Shown: positions 1 through 13,365 of the stretch, in pieces | How positions within the stretch are numbered: position 1 is the stretch's first letter | How the letters are laid out: every line of letters starts with the position of its first letter | NCBI GenBank assembly: GCA_951406725.2 | Contig: OX597825.1 | Location: 47,182,001-47,246,000 of the forward strand | DNA length: 64,000 nt | DNA from: Octopus vulgaris | Lineage: Eukaryota | Reading direction: 5' to 3' | Notes under the pieces: generated by a model | Seen by the model: the letters and a program-made list of their open reading frames with translations, nothing else | Databases searched by the model: none | What the model was told of the DNA's origin: nothing | Program-made: the position numbers and the translations under genes

Positions 1-64
1 CTTTAGGCATTCCACTGTACACCCATCTTTACCCGAATATTTGCCCATGCTCACCCGTATAGAT

Positions 65-330
65 AGGCAAATATTTAAAAGGAAGTGCAAAAGGTGTTTG
101 GTAAAAATAAAAGAAATTGAAAACTAGAATTGAAATTAAAAATTAAGAGTTAAAAAGGTGTAGATGAGATGAAATAAATTAAAATAGAAAAGAAAGAAAA
201 ACGAAAGAAGTAACGATAATAGCGAAATAGAAATGTGAAATAAAAAAAATGAAAACAGAAAAAGAGGGAGATAAAGAAAGAAATCGAATAAAAAACAAGA
301 GAGGGAAATAAAATCAGGAGAAAAAAGGAA
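65..330. repeat. Dispersed purine-rich repeat; inverted diverged copy at ~3530-3810
   Basis: GCAAATATTTAAAAGGAA...GTGCAAAAGG...GAAATTAAAAATTAA...GTAGATGAGAT matches the reverse complement of 3690-3810. Confidence 0.6.
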
Positions 331-526
331 ATATAGAACATAATGGGGGGAAGTGAGACAGAAAGACAGTTTTGCCACATCTGCCCCAAAATTGACTGAA
401 ATGTATTTCAGTTTTGTCGCGCGTAAATAAATGTCTTTACGATATGTGTACGTTCTCCCTACAACATTACTTATTTAAAAATTTTTTGCACTCCGTCTAT
501 TTAAATACACTATTTACATTTCTCCC

Positions 527-1042
527 TCTATCGAAAAATGCAGTTTGTGCGGTCGTGCATGCGTACGTATGACTACTACGGACCACATACAGCCGATAAG
601 CCTTTATTACTAACCTATGAGATTTCAACCACGCTACTGAGCGGTAATGCTTTAGAAAAAGCTATCCTGAAGCAGCTTAAGGTTTTTCACACAAGCTATT
701 TTCTTCTAGAGCTTTATACACTCAAACGGGGTATTTAAGTTCTGTCTACAAATTGACTTCCTTGTATTTAAATTAGTCGGGCGTAAAAAGTTAGTAAGTT
801 TGTACAGTTTTGTATATACTTTCATCAATTTCACGTCATTATACACCCATATATTTCAAATTTTCTAAGAAAAACCGGTATTTTTCTCTATTTTTGCAGC
901 TGTGACATATTTCGAAAATATTTTGTACGTTTTCGTGAATTTTCAAAACAGCTTCAGCGGCGCTGGTTGTTAGACTAGGAAATAAGTGTTCTTAGAATGA
1001 CAAGGCGTTCACACGCCGAGCAACGCCAGGTGCCTCTGCTAG
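527..1042 (+). mobile_element. Non-autonomous Helitron-like element
   Basis: 3' end GCCGAGCAACGCCAGG hairpin-like motif followed by CTAG|T, the same motif as at 11581 and 39140; 5' TCTA start is approximate. Confidence 0.55.
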
Positions 1043-1150
1043 TAATTTTATAATTCACCTTTATTTTTACAATTGCAGCGTGGAAGCTGTTTGTAAGTCA
1101 TTTAAGAAACACACAAAAGCCGTTCGATTCACTTCAACATTTAAGTTTAA

Positions 1151-1200
1151 TTTCTCAAAATATTTTCGTCGCTAAAATCCACGACCTGTTCACTGACAAA
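1151..1200 (-). ncRNA. Degenerate minimal hammerhead ribozyme motif
   Basis: Minus strand TTTGTCA GTGAACA GGTCG..CGAC GAAA ATAT TT TGAGAAA: stems I and II pair, loop 3 is palindromic, core is mutated. Confidence 0.45.
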
Positions 1201-1561
1201 AATCCGTGCTGCATCTGAGAAAGTAACAGTTAGTTCGTCATATATATGTACGTGTGTATGTATGTATACACGCATGTATGCATGCATGTATGTATGTACG
1301 TACATACGCCTGTGTATATGTATGTATGTATATATGTATTTAGTACTTCCGTTTATTTCTCTGTTATAGCTTGCTTTTTACTGTATTGCTATTTTCATGT
1401 TTGCATATAACATACATGCTTGACTACACCATGTGAGTATAAACGTATGTATGTGTGTGTGTAAATATGCTTGTGTATATGTGTATGTATGTATGTATGT
1501 TTGTATATATATGTATATATATATATATATATTTGTATATATTTATATATATATATATATG

Positions 1562-1743
1562 ATTCTTTTATTCTTTTATTTGTTTTAGTCATTTGACTGT
1601 GGCCATGCTGGAGCACTGCCTTTAGTAGAACTAATCAACTTCAGGACTTATTCTTTGTAAGCCTAGTACTTATTCTATCGGCCCTTTTGCTGAACCGCTA
1701 AAATTGATTGTCAAATGATGGTGGGGGAATAACACAGACAGAT

Positions 1744-1745
<2 letters not shown>
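1562..1745 (-). mobile_element. SINE-like repeat (family also at 31920 and 41145-41700)
   Basis: Shared CATTTGACTG.GGCCATGCTGGAGCAC...TTATTCTTTGTAAGCCTAGTACTT motif across copies. Confidence 0.75.
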
Positions 1746-2208
<463 letters not shown>

Positions 2209-2415
2209 GGAGTAAGCACATAAACGTGAAACAAGGTGGAAAAAAGAGTACTCACATACCAGAGTTAGAGTAATATGCTTTATTTCTCACACAGACACAC
2301 AGACACACACACACACACTCACTCACACACACACACATATATACATACATATATATATATATATATTATATTAAATTAGAGACATTGTTTAAAACTCGCC
2401 AAGAAAATTTTGAAA

Positions 2416-2477
2416 CCACCTGATGAATGTCTGCTACTCAAAATTTTGATGACAGAAACAGGAAACGATCGTAGTGG
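2416..2477 (+). ncRNA. Minimal type I hammerhead ribozyme, intact core, in a TA-flanked Penelope-like terminal fragment (~2370-2690)
   Basis: CCAC CTGATGA [stem II TGT/ACA, CTG/CAG] GAAAC GATC GTA GTGG; stem I CCAC/GTGG is perfect, loop 3 GATC is palindromic; first stem II pair is non-canonical A-G. Confidence 0.75.
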
Positions 2478-2617
2478 ATATTAATTGTATCTTTTAATAA
2501 TTGTTAGATATCTAAATAATATAAATTAATTTATGTATTGGCTTAAGTCTTTCATTGTTTGGTTTGCATAATAGTGGTTTTGTCTCTAATTTAATATAAT
2601 ATAATATTTTAATATAA

Positions 2618-2676
2618 AATTGGATTCAATCCTAAATCTGATTTTTCCCTGTAAGTTTGGATTTATTCCCTAATAT

Positions 2677-2720
<44 letters not shown>

Positions 2721-2781
2721 TAATAAATATTAGGGAATAAATCCAAACTTACAGGGAAAAATCAGATTTAGGATTGAATCC

Positions 2782-2785
<4 letters not shown>
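2618..2785. repeat. Foldback palindrome, ~70-bp arms around a (TA)n centre
   Basis: AATTGGATTCAATCC...TAATATTTATTATT mirrored by AATAATAAATATTA...GGATTGAATCCAATT. Confidence 0.92.
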
Positions 2786-2831
<46 letters not shown>

Positions 2832-2964
2832 TTCGTTTCGACATTGCGATACTAATGATAGAACTCGGTATACATATGCTTCAGAACGGAGTGTTGATCG
2901 AGTACAGAGCGGTAATTTGAAGGGAAATGACAGAGGAATAAAACGATTATCTTATGAACTTCAT

Positions 2965-3184
2965 TAGCCCACTACTGTTTCCATTATAAGACGTGGTGTT
3001 CTCATAAGTGAGTGCCTAAGTAACACTTCTGTCAGAGCTTTAAACATAAAATGCATTTGATTTGGGAAAATATTTCACAAATATATTCCACTTCATATTT
3101 GAAGCTCCGATGAAACTATAAGGTATTACTTAGGAACTCAACTATGAGTCCGCAGCATCTAATAGTGGAAACAGTTTGTATGCC
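2965..3184. ncRNA. Divergent inverted pair of degenerate hammerhead-like motifs
   Basis: Plus strand 3103-3184: CCGATGA AACTAT...ATAGTG GAAAC AGTTT GTA; related sequence (TTACTTAGG.ACTCA.TATGAG...TGGAAACAG) on the minus strand at 2970-3040. Confidence 0.4.
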
Positions 3185-3224
3185 AATGAAGTTCATAAGA
3201 TAAACATTTTATTCCTTTGTAATC

Positions 3225-3530
3225 TGTTTTCCTCAGGGAACTGTTCTGGGACACTACACTTTGTAGTGGCTCTCTCAGATATGCCCTCAGTCGTGCTGAT
3301 GATGATACAAAGGTATCTCAGGCAGTCAAGGATCCCGATGATAGAGTAAAGCTGCAAAATGACCAGCATGCAATATATAAAGTGGCTGATGAAAATAACA
3401 TGCAGCTCAATACTAATAAGTTTCAAGCACTCCGCTATCGGCCTACGAACAGACTATAATCGGAAAACATAGGACCAAGGGCAGTGCATTGCTAGAGTTA
3501 GAATCGGTGCGTTACCTGGGTATCCTCTTG
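3225..3530 (+). mobile_element. CR1/Jockey-group LINE reverse transcriptase fragment
   Basis: CCTCAGGGAACTGTTCTGGGA (PQGTVLG), GATGATACAAAG (DDTK), later NKFQAL and YLGI remnants; frameshifted. Confidence 0.65.
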
Positions 3531-4122
3531 TTTCTTTTTTATTCATATCTCTTTTTTCGTCTCCCACTCATTTTCTGTTCTTAGGATTTTTTTTTTACTT
3601 CTCTTCTCTCTTTTGCTATTATGTTTATTTCTTTGTTTTCTTCCTCTCTTCTTTCTTTTTTTATTTTTGGCGTAGATTCTGTCTATTTTATCTCATCTAC
3701 AACCTTTTGATTTTTAATTTTTAATTTCACTTCTAATTTGCAATGTTTTTTTTTTATTACAAAACACCTCCTTTTGCACTTCCATTATATTCCTTTTAAA
3801 TATTTGCAATTCCCATTCTAGACAGTGTCTATTGTATTTTTAATTTTCTCGCTTTTACAAAATGTTTTATCGATTGATTTACTGCTGATATTTTGATTCC
3901 TCCGCTAAAATTAACCCTATTTGTAGCCAACCTAAATCATTTTATATTTTTGAAACAAACCACGCAATCAAGCTGAAATGTTTATTCGTTGAACTCTAAC
4001 ATTATATTATGCCATTATATTGTATACACTTACATAATTTATTATTCAATATATGGCAACTGTATGACAAACCCTTACGTGAAACTCTGAGTAACAATGT
4101 GTGAAGATCTTTTACAAACACA

Positions 4123-4207
<85 letters not shown>

Positions 4208-4797
4208 CAGCGGACTTTAGATTAGTTAAAATATGTTTTTACAATTTTTTACTATAAGAACTGCACGGTAACTGCAATGAATTTGCCTTTAGAATTTGAA
4301 ATATATCGCAGACGTATTTGAACTAACCTAAACTTCGCTTAAGCATAAACACTGCTTAGTACTAATACTGCTGAATTTCGTCCAATCTGGTGGTCTAATG
4401 TTGTTGACTGTATATCAGTTAAAGCTACGGCTTTAAGTCTATCTAGAGTTGCCTCTCTTCGGTACTTCCCATCAATAACGGCTAAAGAGCTAGAAACGCG
4501 TCTGAGAATCCAACAGGTGGCAATACTGGACAAATATAGTGTTTTTACTGTAAGAGAGAATTTTTTCCGTGGTAACTGCAGTAGATTTGGTTTTAGAAGT
4601 TGAAATATGTCACAAACATATTTTAGTTAACCCACAGTTCGCTTCAGCTTAAACACTGGTTGGGGCTGATTATATATATATATAACACAAGTTATAAATA
4701 ATGGGCATTACGTATTCCTTTGTTGTAGTAAATTCAACTTACAGTTGTTTCCTGTAGTCATTATAGGTTCGTTCATTAATAGGTTTACTCACTCGTT

Positions 4798-4836
4798 CCA
4801 TTGACCGGTTTAGGAAAATGTTATCCTCATCAGTGT
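4798..4836 (-). ncRNA. Degenerate minimal hammerhead motif
   Basis: Minus strand CA CTGATGA GGA...TCC TAAA CCGG TC AATG: G12 mutated to T, loop 3 CCGG is palindromic. Confidence 0.5.
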
Positions 4837-5969
4837 TGTGATATTCTGAGGAAAACCAAGTAGAACAATGATAAATAAATGATACAGGCATGGGAAAGGG
4901 AGCGAAAAGATGAAGTAAATATAAGGTGAGTATAAAAGAGATTAAAAGAAAAAGGGGAAAAGAAGTGATGAATCGGAGGAGAAGAACTAAAAGAAAGAGA
5001 AAGAAAAAAGAAAAGGACGAGAAAGAATAGAGGAGGGGAGGCATGGGATGGAAGAATGAAGACAGGAAGGCATATGTGATAGCCAGAAATCAAAGAGTGG
5101 ATAGTAATAAAAACATTTGTGACTTTAGTACGTGTAATTATGTCAACATACTCAAAAACATTTACATTGTGTTTAGGTCAAATACTATCCAAATAGTATA
5201 TGGAATTTTGATAATGGCCATTTACTCCTGTGACCACTTTAAAATTGCGATATTACTATGATCTCACATTGAAGTGTATTAAACAAAATAAAGGGTAAAT
5301 GGAATGAATGGGAAGGTGAAGGAAGCTGCAGCAAAAGTGGATAGTATATAGAAAATAATATGAACTAAAAACCAAATAAAAAAATAAAATAAAATAAAAT
5401 AAAATAAATAAAATCAAAACAAAACATAAATTAGATAACCTGCATTTATCCGTTAGGCATTATGCTCATTTTGACCATTGTCTCTCACTATTGAATTAAA
5501 ATTATCTCGAGAACCTGTTAAAAGATTTATTACCGAAATGTTTACAGTGCATTGTTAATTCCTGTCCCCGGTTAATTATATTACTCTCTGACGTAAGTAT
5601 TTGGAGTAACTCCTCTAGGCAAACTTGACACTTCGTTCATCCTATTTCATATGATTTAGCTCTAACGAAAGACAGTCTAATTCATATTCAGTTTTGATGT
5701 CTCTTAAGTTGCCGTATTAGCTTGCTAAGCGAAGTCAAATTTTCTTTATTTCTGTGTTTAAATGACGAGATGAGGTTGTAATAACGAAGCGTAAATGTCG
5801 TTGCACAACATCCTATATAATAGTGAATTTTATTTTGGGTTATAACAGTGCGCTTGCAGACTATGTTCTACCCAATATATAATTCGTTTAAAGGATACAC
5901 TTTTCCTCCTCTTAAATTACAACTGATTTTTATCATTCTTATTACTACCACCTGTTTGGTTATGGATCC

Positions 5970-6121
<152 letters not shown>

Positions 6122-8235
6122 CTGTGTAGTACGACGGACGTGTTTTCGAACGCTCTAAGTAAGTGCTTATGATATTCATTATTTACACCCGTTTGGTTCT
6201 GTTTTTTGTATGGAATTTTCGATCCAATTTGCTACTGAACCAGGAACAGGTTAATGAGTTTTCTGTGGTTGTTTGGCTCTGCAAGGGATCTCCACAAAAT
6301 CCCTCAAGAGGCGTTTAAAAACAAATTCAACAAGATGACGGCGTCTACCTTAAAACAATTAAAAGAAAAGACATTTCTTCCGATCAGTCTTCTTACAACG
6401 GAAAAATTCCCTCCACTTCCTTGTCTTACCAAAAATAAGGAGAGGAGACAAAAGAGATGGAAACAGATCAAAGTCTACCCTGTCAAGCGAAGCGAGTGTG
6501 TCAATCGTAAGAGTGATTGCGACAACAATAGCAGCAGTAGCAGCAGTGGCAATACCAACAGCAGAAGTGGTGGGAATGGCAGTCGAAGCGGCATGAACAG
6601 TGAAGGAGATAAGAATAGCAGCAGTAGCAGCGACAGTAGTAGCAGTAACGGCTGCGTTGACTCAAGCCGCGGGGGTAAAAACAACAAAAGCAGTGAAAGC
6701 GGAGTGGTTGGAGGCAGCGGTAGACGTAGTGACAGCAGCAATAGCGTAAGTGGCTACAACTCCACCACCAGCAACAATAATAAGATTTCTTTAGCCGGTG
6801 CAGCCGCCTCAAAAGAACTCTTTTCCTTCTCTCTAGAGGACAAAGCCTCTAAATTTGCGAATGCGGCTAAAATTAGAAAAATCGATGGGAGACGGGAAGA
6901 GGTGTCTTCACTACCTGAATCGTTGGTAGCTACAGCCAGAAAATAGTGACATATCGCCGTATTAGCCGTAAATGAAAACAGCTCGAAACGAAACGAACGT
7001 CCAAATAGAAAGGACCCTACAAGATATATGGCAATACATCGGTCATATATTGAGGGTAAAGCAGTTCGGCATGGCGGAAATTTTATTTAAAGTTGAGGCC
7101 CTAGCAATGCATCACTCGGTGGCCGCCAGCGGCAGCGAGAAATCTGTGCTCTTCTCTACGCAAGATTACCATACAGGGGGTGCCACTAGAACTACATTTG
7201 TGGCGGGTACTAACTTGCTTGATAAAAGCTGAGAGTGACACTCTCGTGGGGATCAAGAGATTAAGGAGGGAGAAATGGATAGGGATCTCGCTAGAGATGC
7301 TGCTCCATGTAAATCCAGGTAAGCCGGAGAGGTCTCTCACCTGATCTACCTGCAGAATGGAACTGAGTTTAGAGTGATTGTGGAGGGTAGACGTCTGTGA
7401 CACGACAAATGTCTGTGACACGACAGATGATTTATGAGCGTTCTGTCCACAAAACAAAAACAGGAGAGGAGTGAGCGGGGCCACCACCGTCACCACCAAA
7501 AATTGACAACAAGGAGGTCTATTAGGGTTTTCCTCAACCCAGCTCTCTTCCCCCTCTCTCAAACACACACTCATACAGACACCTACACAAACAGAAGCAC
7601 ATGCCTATACTTATCGGAGATGGATGATACAGACTTTGACTCCCACACATTTTGAAATGAAGATGACGAGGAACTACAAAAGCCAATATAATTAAAAAGA
7701 AACCGCAGGAGAAAAACATCTGGACACACCAGCACACACGTCGGGCAACGCAGAAAATGCGCACAAAACAAATACAGTCGCACAAACAACAACCCCACCT
7801 GCTCTACAACAGTCAAAACAACAAAAGCTACAACCACTAGCACAACTCTACTTTGCCCCCAAATGAAAGCTTTCTGAAAACCTAATAAATTCACAGACCC
7901 CAAATTTTGTGCTGGTGATGAAAGTAAACAAAGATCTGATGACCCACACAACTCAAAGGGAAGAGATTGAGAGAGAGGAAGCAATGTACAACACCAGAAC
8001 TCTTAAAGTGTCCGAAGAGGAGTTGTTAATGCCTATGGCGCTAACAACTTACAAAAATATTTGTGAGGTCTTTCCTCATGATATAGGAAACCCTAATATA
8101 ATAGCTTCCAAAAGACTTTTAAAGAGGTTCCCAGAGAAATCCCAACCAGTTCCGGAGGTTAGGCCATCTGTCTAACAGCACCGGTAGGGTATGTCACCCC
8201 GCTCTTTTTTTTTCTTGCAACTCGTTCCAGTCGGC

Positions 8236-8945
8236 ATGGTGATGATTAAAGTGGGCTGTGTAAATTTTCGTGGCCTGAAGTCACCTTGGAAGCAAAACCA
8301 CCTTCTTAATGACCTCAGGTCACTAGCTTTGGATGTCATAGCCGTCAGCGAAACCAGGATTTCCGGCACACCCGATTTAATCCTTATTTTAGATCCATCT
8401 CTTAGTCGTCCTGGAATGGGAGGCGAGGTGACAGTACTGTTTAGGAAGGGCCTGGATCCCGCAGTTCGGATGATTTTCCTGGACCCGGATGGTAAGTTTG
8501 TGGTCCTGGATGTGAGCAATAGCGAAGGTGATGGTTTTAGACTAGTCGTTGTGTCTGGGAAGGGGCAGCCGTATTTCTTCAGATGTCTCGATGTTTTGCT
8601 TGCGGCGTAAAGCTTTTTAGTGCTTGTGAGTGATTAGAACTCCATTTTGGATGCACACCTGGACAGGGTGGGGCTAGCTAACTGGAGAGGTAGGTAAAAG
8701 CCTCACAAGCCTTCTCGGCCTCTTCCAACTTGCCAAGAGGTACCGACTGGATTTCCCGAATGGGCCAATGTGGACATGGACAAATAGCACCAAATCGTAT
8801 CTAGACAGGATATTCTGTAGAGCAGTAGAAAGAAGTAGCATAGGTTGCTCACAGTTCAAAATCGTCGGCTACACAGACCACAAATTTGTGATCTGCACGG
8901 TTGACATACACAAGATCCATAGGCAGGGTTCCTGGGTACTGGAAG
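8236..8945 (+). pseudogene. LINE APE endonuclease domain (broken)
   Basis: GCVNFRGL, DVIAVSET, WTWTN..KSYLDRIF, TDH, PGYWKL motifs across shifting frames. Confidence 0.85.
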
Positions 8946-9539
8946 CTGAAAGCGTCTTTTCTGGTGCGTGAAGCATCAGAAAGGGTTAGCAAGTTAGTCT
9001 ATCGGAAGTTATCGGGTGCAATAAGAGGTTTCCAGAGGAACCTAACAAAACAGACAGGGTGGGAGAATCACTCGACCACAAAGAATATCAGGAGGGTAAG
9101 TTACACTTCTTTTTTCCTTTCCTTACTTATTAGAGTGGAAGCTGCAGAATTTAGCAGAGAAATAGTGATAGAGAAGACTAGAATAGAGGGAGACCTACTT
9201 AGGAAATTAGCAGAGGCACTTAGTAGACGTATAGCGAAGAGGGATTCTTCAATACTAAGCATGATGGTTGCATTGTCAGAGCTAGGGCGCGTGCTCTAAA
9301 GAAAGAGGGAACGAAAGCTGTTCGATGGGCCCGGGTAGCAGAGGTGCAACGTGGGAATAAATCTACATTTCGGTCCTTGAGGGGTTGGGACGGGTGCATG
9401 CAACACGAGTCTAGGCAGATTTGTACGGAATTTCAGCGGCACTTTGCTGAACTGTACTGGGCGCTCGTAGGTCCGGAGGCGGAGGTGAACTTCATTTCCT
9501 ACCTTGATGATATGCCTCGGCTTTCAACCAGAGACGTGG

Positions 9540-10290
9540 AGTTCTGCGAAATGCCGATGACAGCTGAAGATATACATGACGCGTTGGCTAGTTGCACGAG
9601 GGATAGGTCTCTGGGATTGGATGGTCTGCCATTTGGGCTTTATATGCATATACTAGACTTGTTTGGTGAGATTTGGGAGACGACTACAGCAACTGGCTGC
9701 AGATTGGGCGATACCCGGATCTGTGAGCCAAGGTGTGGTGACGCTATTGAGAAAGGATCCGAAAAAGAGAGACATTGATGATAATTTTAGGCCGGTAACT
9801 CTTCTAAATATAGATTACAAAATTTTGGCCAATGTTTTAGCAAAGAAGTTGATGCTTGTGGTTGACAGATTAGTGGATGATGCGAAATCTGTTCGGTGGT
9901 CAAAGGAAATCGTCACCTCTCGGAATCATTTAGTATCGCACGTTCGGGCCATCAAGGATGCCCACTCTCACTCCTTCTCTACCTACTGGAGCCAATATTG
10001 CGGAAGCTGAAGGTTTCGAGGGGCATCCCGCGTGAACTGGGATGCGTAAAGTTCGTGTCGGAGTATACGGACGATGTCACCGTGATAGTGTCTGACATCT
10101 CGGAAGTCGAGATGGTGGGCACTATCCTGAAGGAATACGAAACGGTGACAGGAGCAATGATCAACTAGGAGAAGTCAGTGGGCCTGTAGCTCGGCACCAG
10201 GAGAGGTAGGCCCTTGCTAACTGACAGCATGGTGGGGCGCTGGATGGAAGGACCTGTTAAGTTGCTCGGGGTCCGGTTCGGTCTGGATCT
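9540..10290 (+). pseudogene. LINE reverse transcriptase domain (broken)
   Basis: SLGLDGLP, NFRPVTLLNIDYKILA, QGCPLS, YTDD, KLLGV motifs; internal deletion and frameshifts. Confidence 0.88.
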
Positions 10291-11580
10291 CCAAGTGGGC
10301 AAGAACTGGGGCGAGGTGACAGGTGACAAACAGGGTGGCCAGTTTCACCCAGAAATGGGCCGAGAGGAAGCTGTCCCTGAGAAGTCGGGCGCAGGTGACG
10401 AATACGTACACCACATCCGTCATATACTACCTCCTGTCTGTCATCTCTTGCTCCGCTTTGTGACTGAACGGGCTGGTGAGTGTGCTCTTCCGCTTCCTGT
10501 GGAGGGGACAGGTAGCGCCTGTCAGATAGTCCTTTTACTGTCGGCACCCGCTGCGTGGAGGACTGGACATGCCGTGGTTGAGGATGCGATATCTCCAGCG
10601 AGGCCTTAACTGTGAGCAGGTGTGGTCACCGTTTGTTGAACTCGCTTTTCCGCGGCTCGTCTCCTTGACGGAGTTACAGCCCTGGATCAATCGTAGACCG
10701 AGGAAGGGCGCTTAGCAACTAGAGTGTTGCCAAGCGCTCACAGCCCTCTGCCAGTCTGGCAATACGGTCGGTGGAAGTGCCACCTTGTAGTTCTATTGGG
10801 GATAAGTGGAGGGCAAGAGCGATGACCTACTCTGAGAGGTCCTAGGTATCGGGGTGATCAACTGGCTGGTCTCCTCCGGAGGACTTTCGGACCGGGAACT
10901 ATGGATAACTTCCAGAAATCCCTGATCTGGCAGTGCTACCGGGATGGGGGGCTCTACCGGTTCGAGATAAGCTCTACAGGCACGGGTGTGCAGTCTGTCG
11001 GGCTTGTCCGAGATGAAACCGTTCTGCATGCTCTCGTACACTGTCCACGCATTACTGACTTCTGGAGCTTTGTCAAACAGTTTTAGGCCTCATTATCATC
11101 ATTAATATTATTATCATGTTAGTCATTCTCACTATAATTATTACTAATATTACCAATCTTATTATCGTTATTACTTATCCCCTATATTGTTATTATTGTT
11201 ACTACTATTGATACTACCGCATATGATTGCATAATTATTTTTATATCGCCATCACTTCTGAACCTAGCTTTCCTCTTCCCACCACTCTCATCGCTGCTTC
11301 TGTTGTCGCACTTCCCTTTACTACTGACACTTTCGACGCCTGTATTTCCAGTAGTGTTTACATCTCTACCGCCACCGCCATCATATTTTCCGTCAGGTTT
11401 CCCATCCGGGGATTCGGTCCACTCACTTCTATCGGCCTCATTATTTCTATTGTCCTTCATCTTCTCTCACTGTCAGTAGATCTTCCAGTATTTATATTCC
11501 TGTCACTATCATAATACTTATTGTTGTAACTGTAGTCTTTATTCCTATTTTCTTACTTACAGACTTGCTTTTATAATCGA

Positions 11581-11979
11581 CTAGCAGTATAGCCCGGCGT
11601 TGCTCAGGCTTGTTTTCTTTTCGACCCTTTAGAATTGGAATTTTTGAAAAGTAAAAATTTTGCATTATGTAGCTTGTTATTCTCTTTAAGTGAACATTTT
11701 TCTGGTTGAAATATACCGAAAAATGATGACACAGCAGTCAAAAAAATCGTAAAAAATAGGGATTTTCATAGAAAAAAAGCACCTTTTTGATGTAAATAAT
11801 TTTTGGTGTTAACATGGTCCGATTTGAATTTTTTCTTCTACGAAAGGAAGAGCAAGCCTTCTTCTATCATACTTTCAATTTTGGTCAACTTGTGCCGCAG
11901 GGTCTCGGAGTAGATAGTGTTAGTTGAAGGCTACCAAACCTGCCACACACAGACAACTTCAGCTTTATATATAGAGAGA
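11581..11979 (-). mobile_element. Non-autonomous Helitron
   Basis: Minus strand A|TCTCTCTATATATAAAGCTG ... GCCTGAGCAACGCCGGGC hairpin ... CTAG|T; inserted between A and T with no TSD. Confidence 0.8.
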
Positions 11980-12206
11980 TGTTGGCATTAATATAATTAC
12001 CAATGTAATTATCTTTATTATTGCTTATACGTTGTTATCTCTTGTATCTATTTCATCCCCACCCACCACATTCAACTTATCATTTGCAACACCACCATTT
12101 CGATTGTTATAGTCTCTTCCACGGCCCAAACCCCCATTATTATAACATTCATTTTTACAAATAGCAACATAATCAATATATTTCTAACTACCAAGCTGCT
12201 GCGTGC

Positions 12207-12263
<57 letters not shown>

Positions 12264-12484
12264 TTTAGACATCCCAAAAGTAGACACCTTCACAGCTTAA
12301 TTTTTTGAAGATATATTTTTAGAAACGGAATAATGTCATTTGAGGCATTCAAATAATTAATCTAATGTTTAGTAGACATCGCTTACGCAGTTTTTAATGA
12401 GTTTGCTCATTTAGGTTTCGCATGAATGAGCAGAGTCACCATAGATAAAACAGTGTACTGAGGGATTTCTGTTTTCTTTTCAAG

Positions 12485-12511
<27 letters not shown>

Positions 12512-12515
<4 letters not shown>

Positions 12516-12606
12516 ATAAAATTTATAACACCTCTTCGCCATCTTTAATTGTTTGTTGAGTTTCTATAGGATACGTGTTCCATAAATGCTCTTAACACAC
12601 TTTATA

Positions 12607-12656
<50 letters not shown>

Positions 12657-12751
12657 TATAAAGTGTGTTAAGAGCATTTATGGAACACGTATCCTATAGA
12701 AACTCAACAAACAATTAAAGATGGCGAAGAGGTGTTATAAATTTTATCCAT
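12512..12751. repeat. Foldback palindrome, ~98-bp arms around a (TA)n centre
   Basis: ATGGATAAAATT...TATACTCA (TA)n TGAGTATA...AATTTTATCCAT; arms look perfect by eye. Confidence 0.95.
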
Positions 12752-12834
12752 TAAAAAATTTTTTTTTAATTTTAAAAACTTATAACAGCTTCTCTTCTCT
12801 ATCTTTAATTGCTTGTTGAATTTCTATATATATA

Positions 12835-12880
<46 letters not shown>

Positions 12881-13151
12881 ATCCAAACATGAAAACACAA
12901 GGGGAAAACACAACAACGCGAGGACGTGGAACAAGGTATGAAGACAGAGACTTTCCCTTTTGGTAGATCCCTCGACTTTTTAAAGTTTCACTTGAAGATG
13001 AAAGTGGTGGTAGAGATGAAGATGTCCTCGAGTGAATCTATTGAAAGTTGCAGAAAGGTACAGAAATAGCCAGAGTAGATATGTCGCTGCTCAAAGTATA
13101 GACCTGTAAGTCGGAGAAAAGTAGTAGTAGTAGTAGTAGTAATTGTAGTAA

Positions 13152-13365
13152 GCGGAGAACTGGCAAAATCATTAGCCCCTCTGACCAAATGCGTAGCGTC
13201 ATTTCTTCAAGCTCTTTACCTACTGGGTTTAAATCCCTCCAAGGTCGACTTTGCCTTTCATCATTTCGGGATTCATAAAATAAGTACCAGTCGCACACTG
13301 GGCCGATATAAACGATTCCCCCCTCCCCACAAAATATCAGGCCTTGTGCCTATTGTAAAAATGAT
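13152..13365 (+). mobile_element. tRNA-derived SINE (GGCGAGCTGGCAGAA family)
   Basis: GGTCGACTTTGCCTTTCAT...AAAATAAGTACCAG core shared by six copies in the window. Confidence 0.8.

Larger units (their letters stand above)
6950..11085 (+). mobile_element. Decayed near-full-length L1/Tx1-clade LINE
   Basis: ORF1 remnant followed by APE endonuclease, RT and a C-terminal ETVLHALVHCP zinc-finger remnant; many stops and frameshifts. Confidence 0.85.

Noticed and set aside
2830-2890. Further hammerhead-like hints (2830-2890 minus, 16415-16460, 38247-38285)
   Set aside because: Core or stem I pairing too incomplete to support
6254-6946. 230-aa Ser/Gly/Asn-rich ORF
   Set aside because: Openness is explained by (AGC/AGT)-rich low complexity; no domain motif; may be LINE-adjacent sequence
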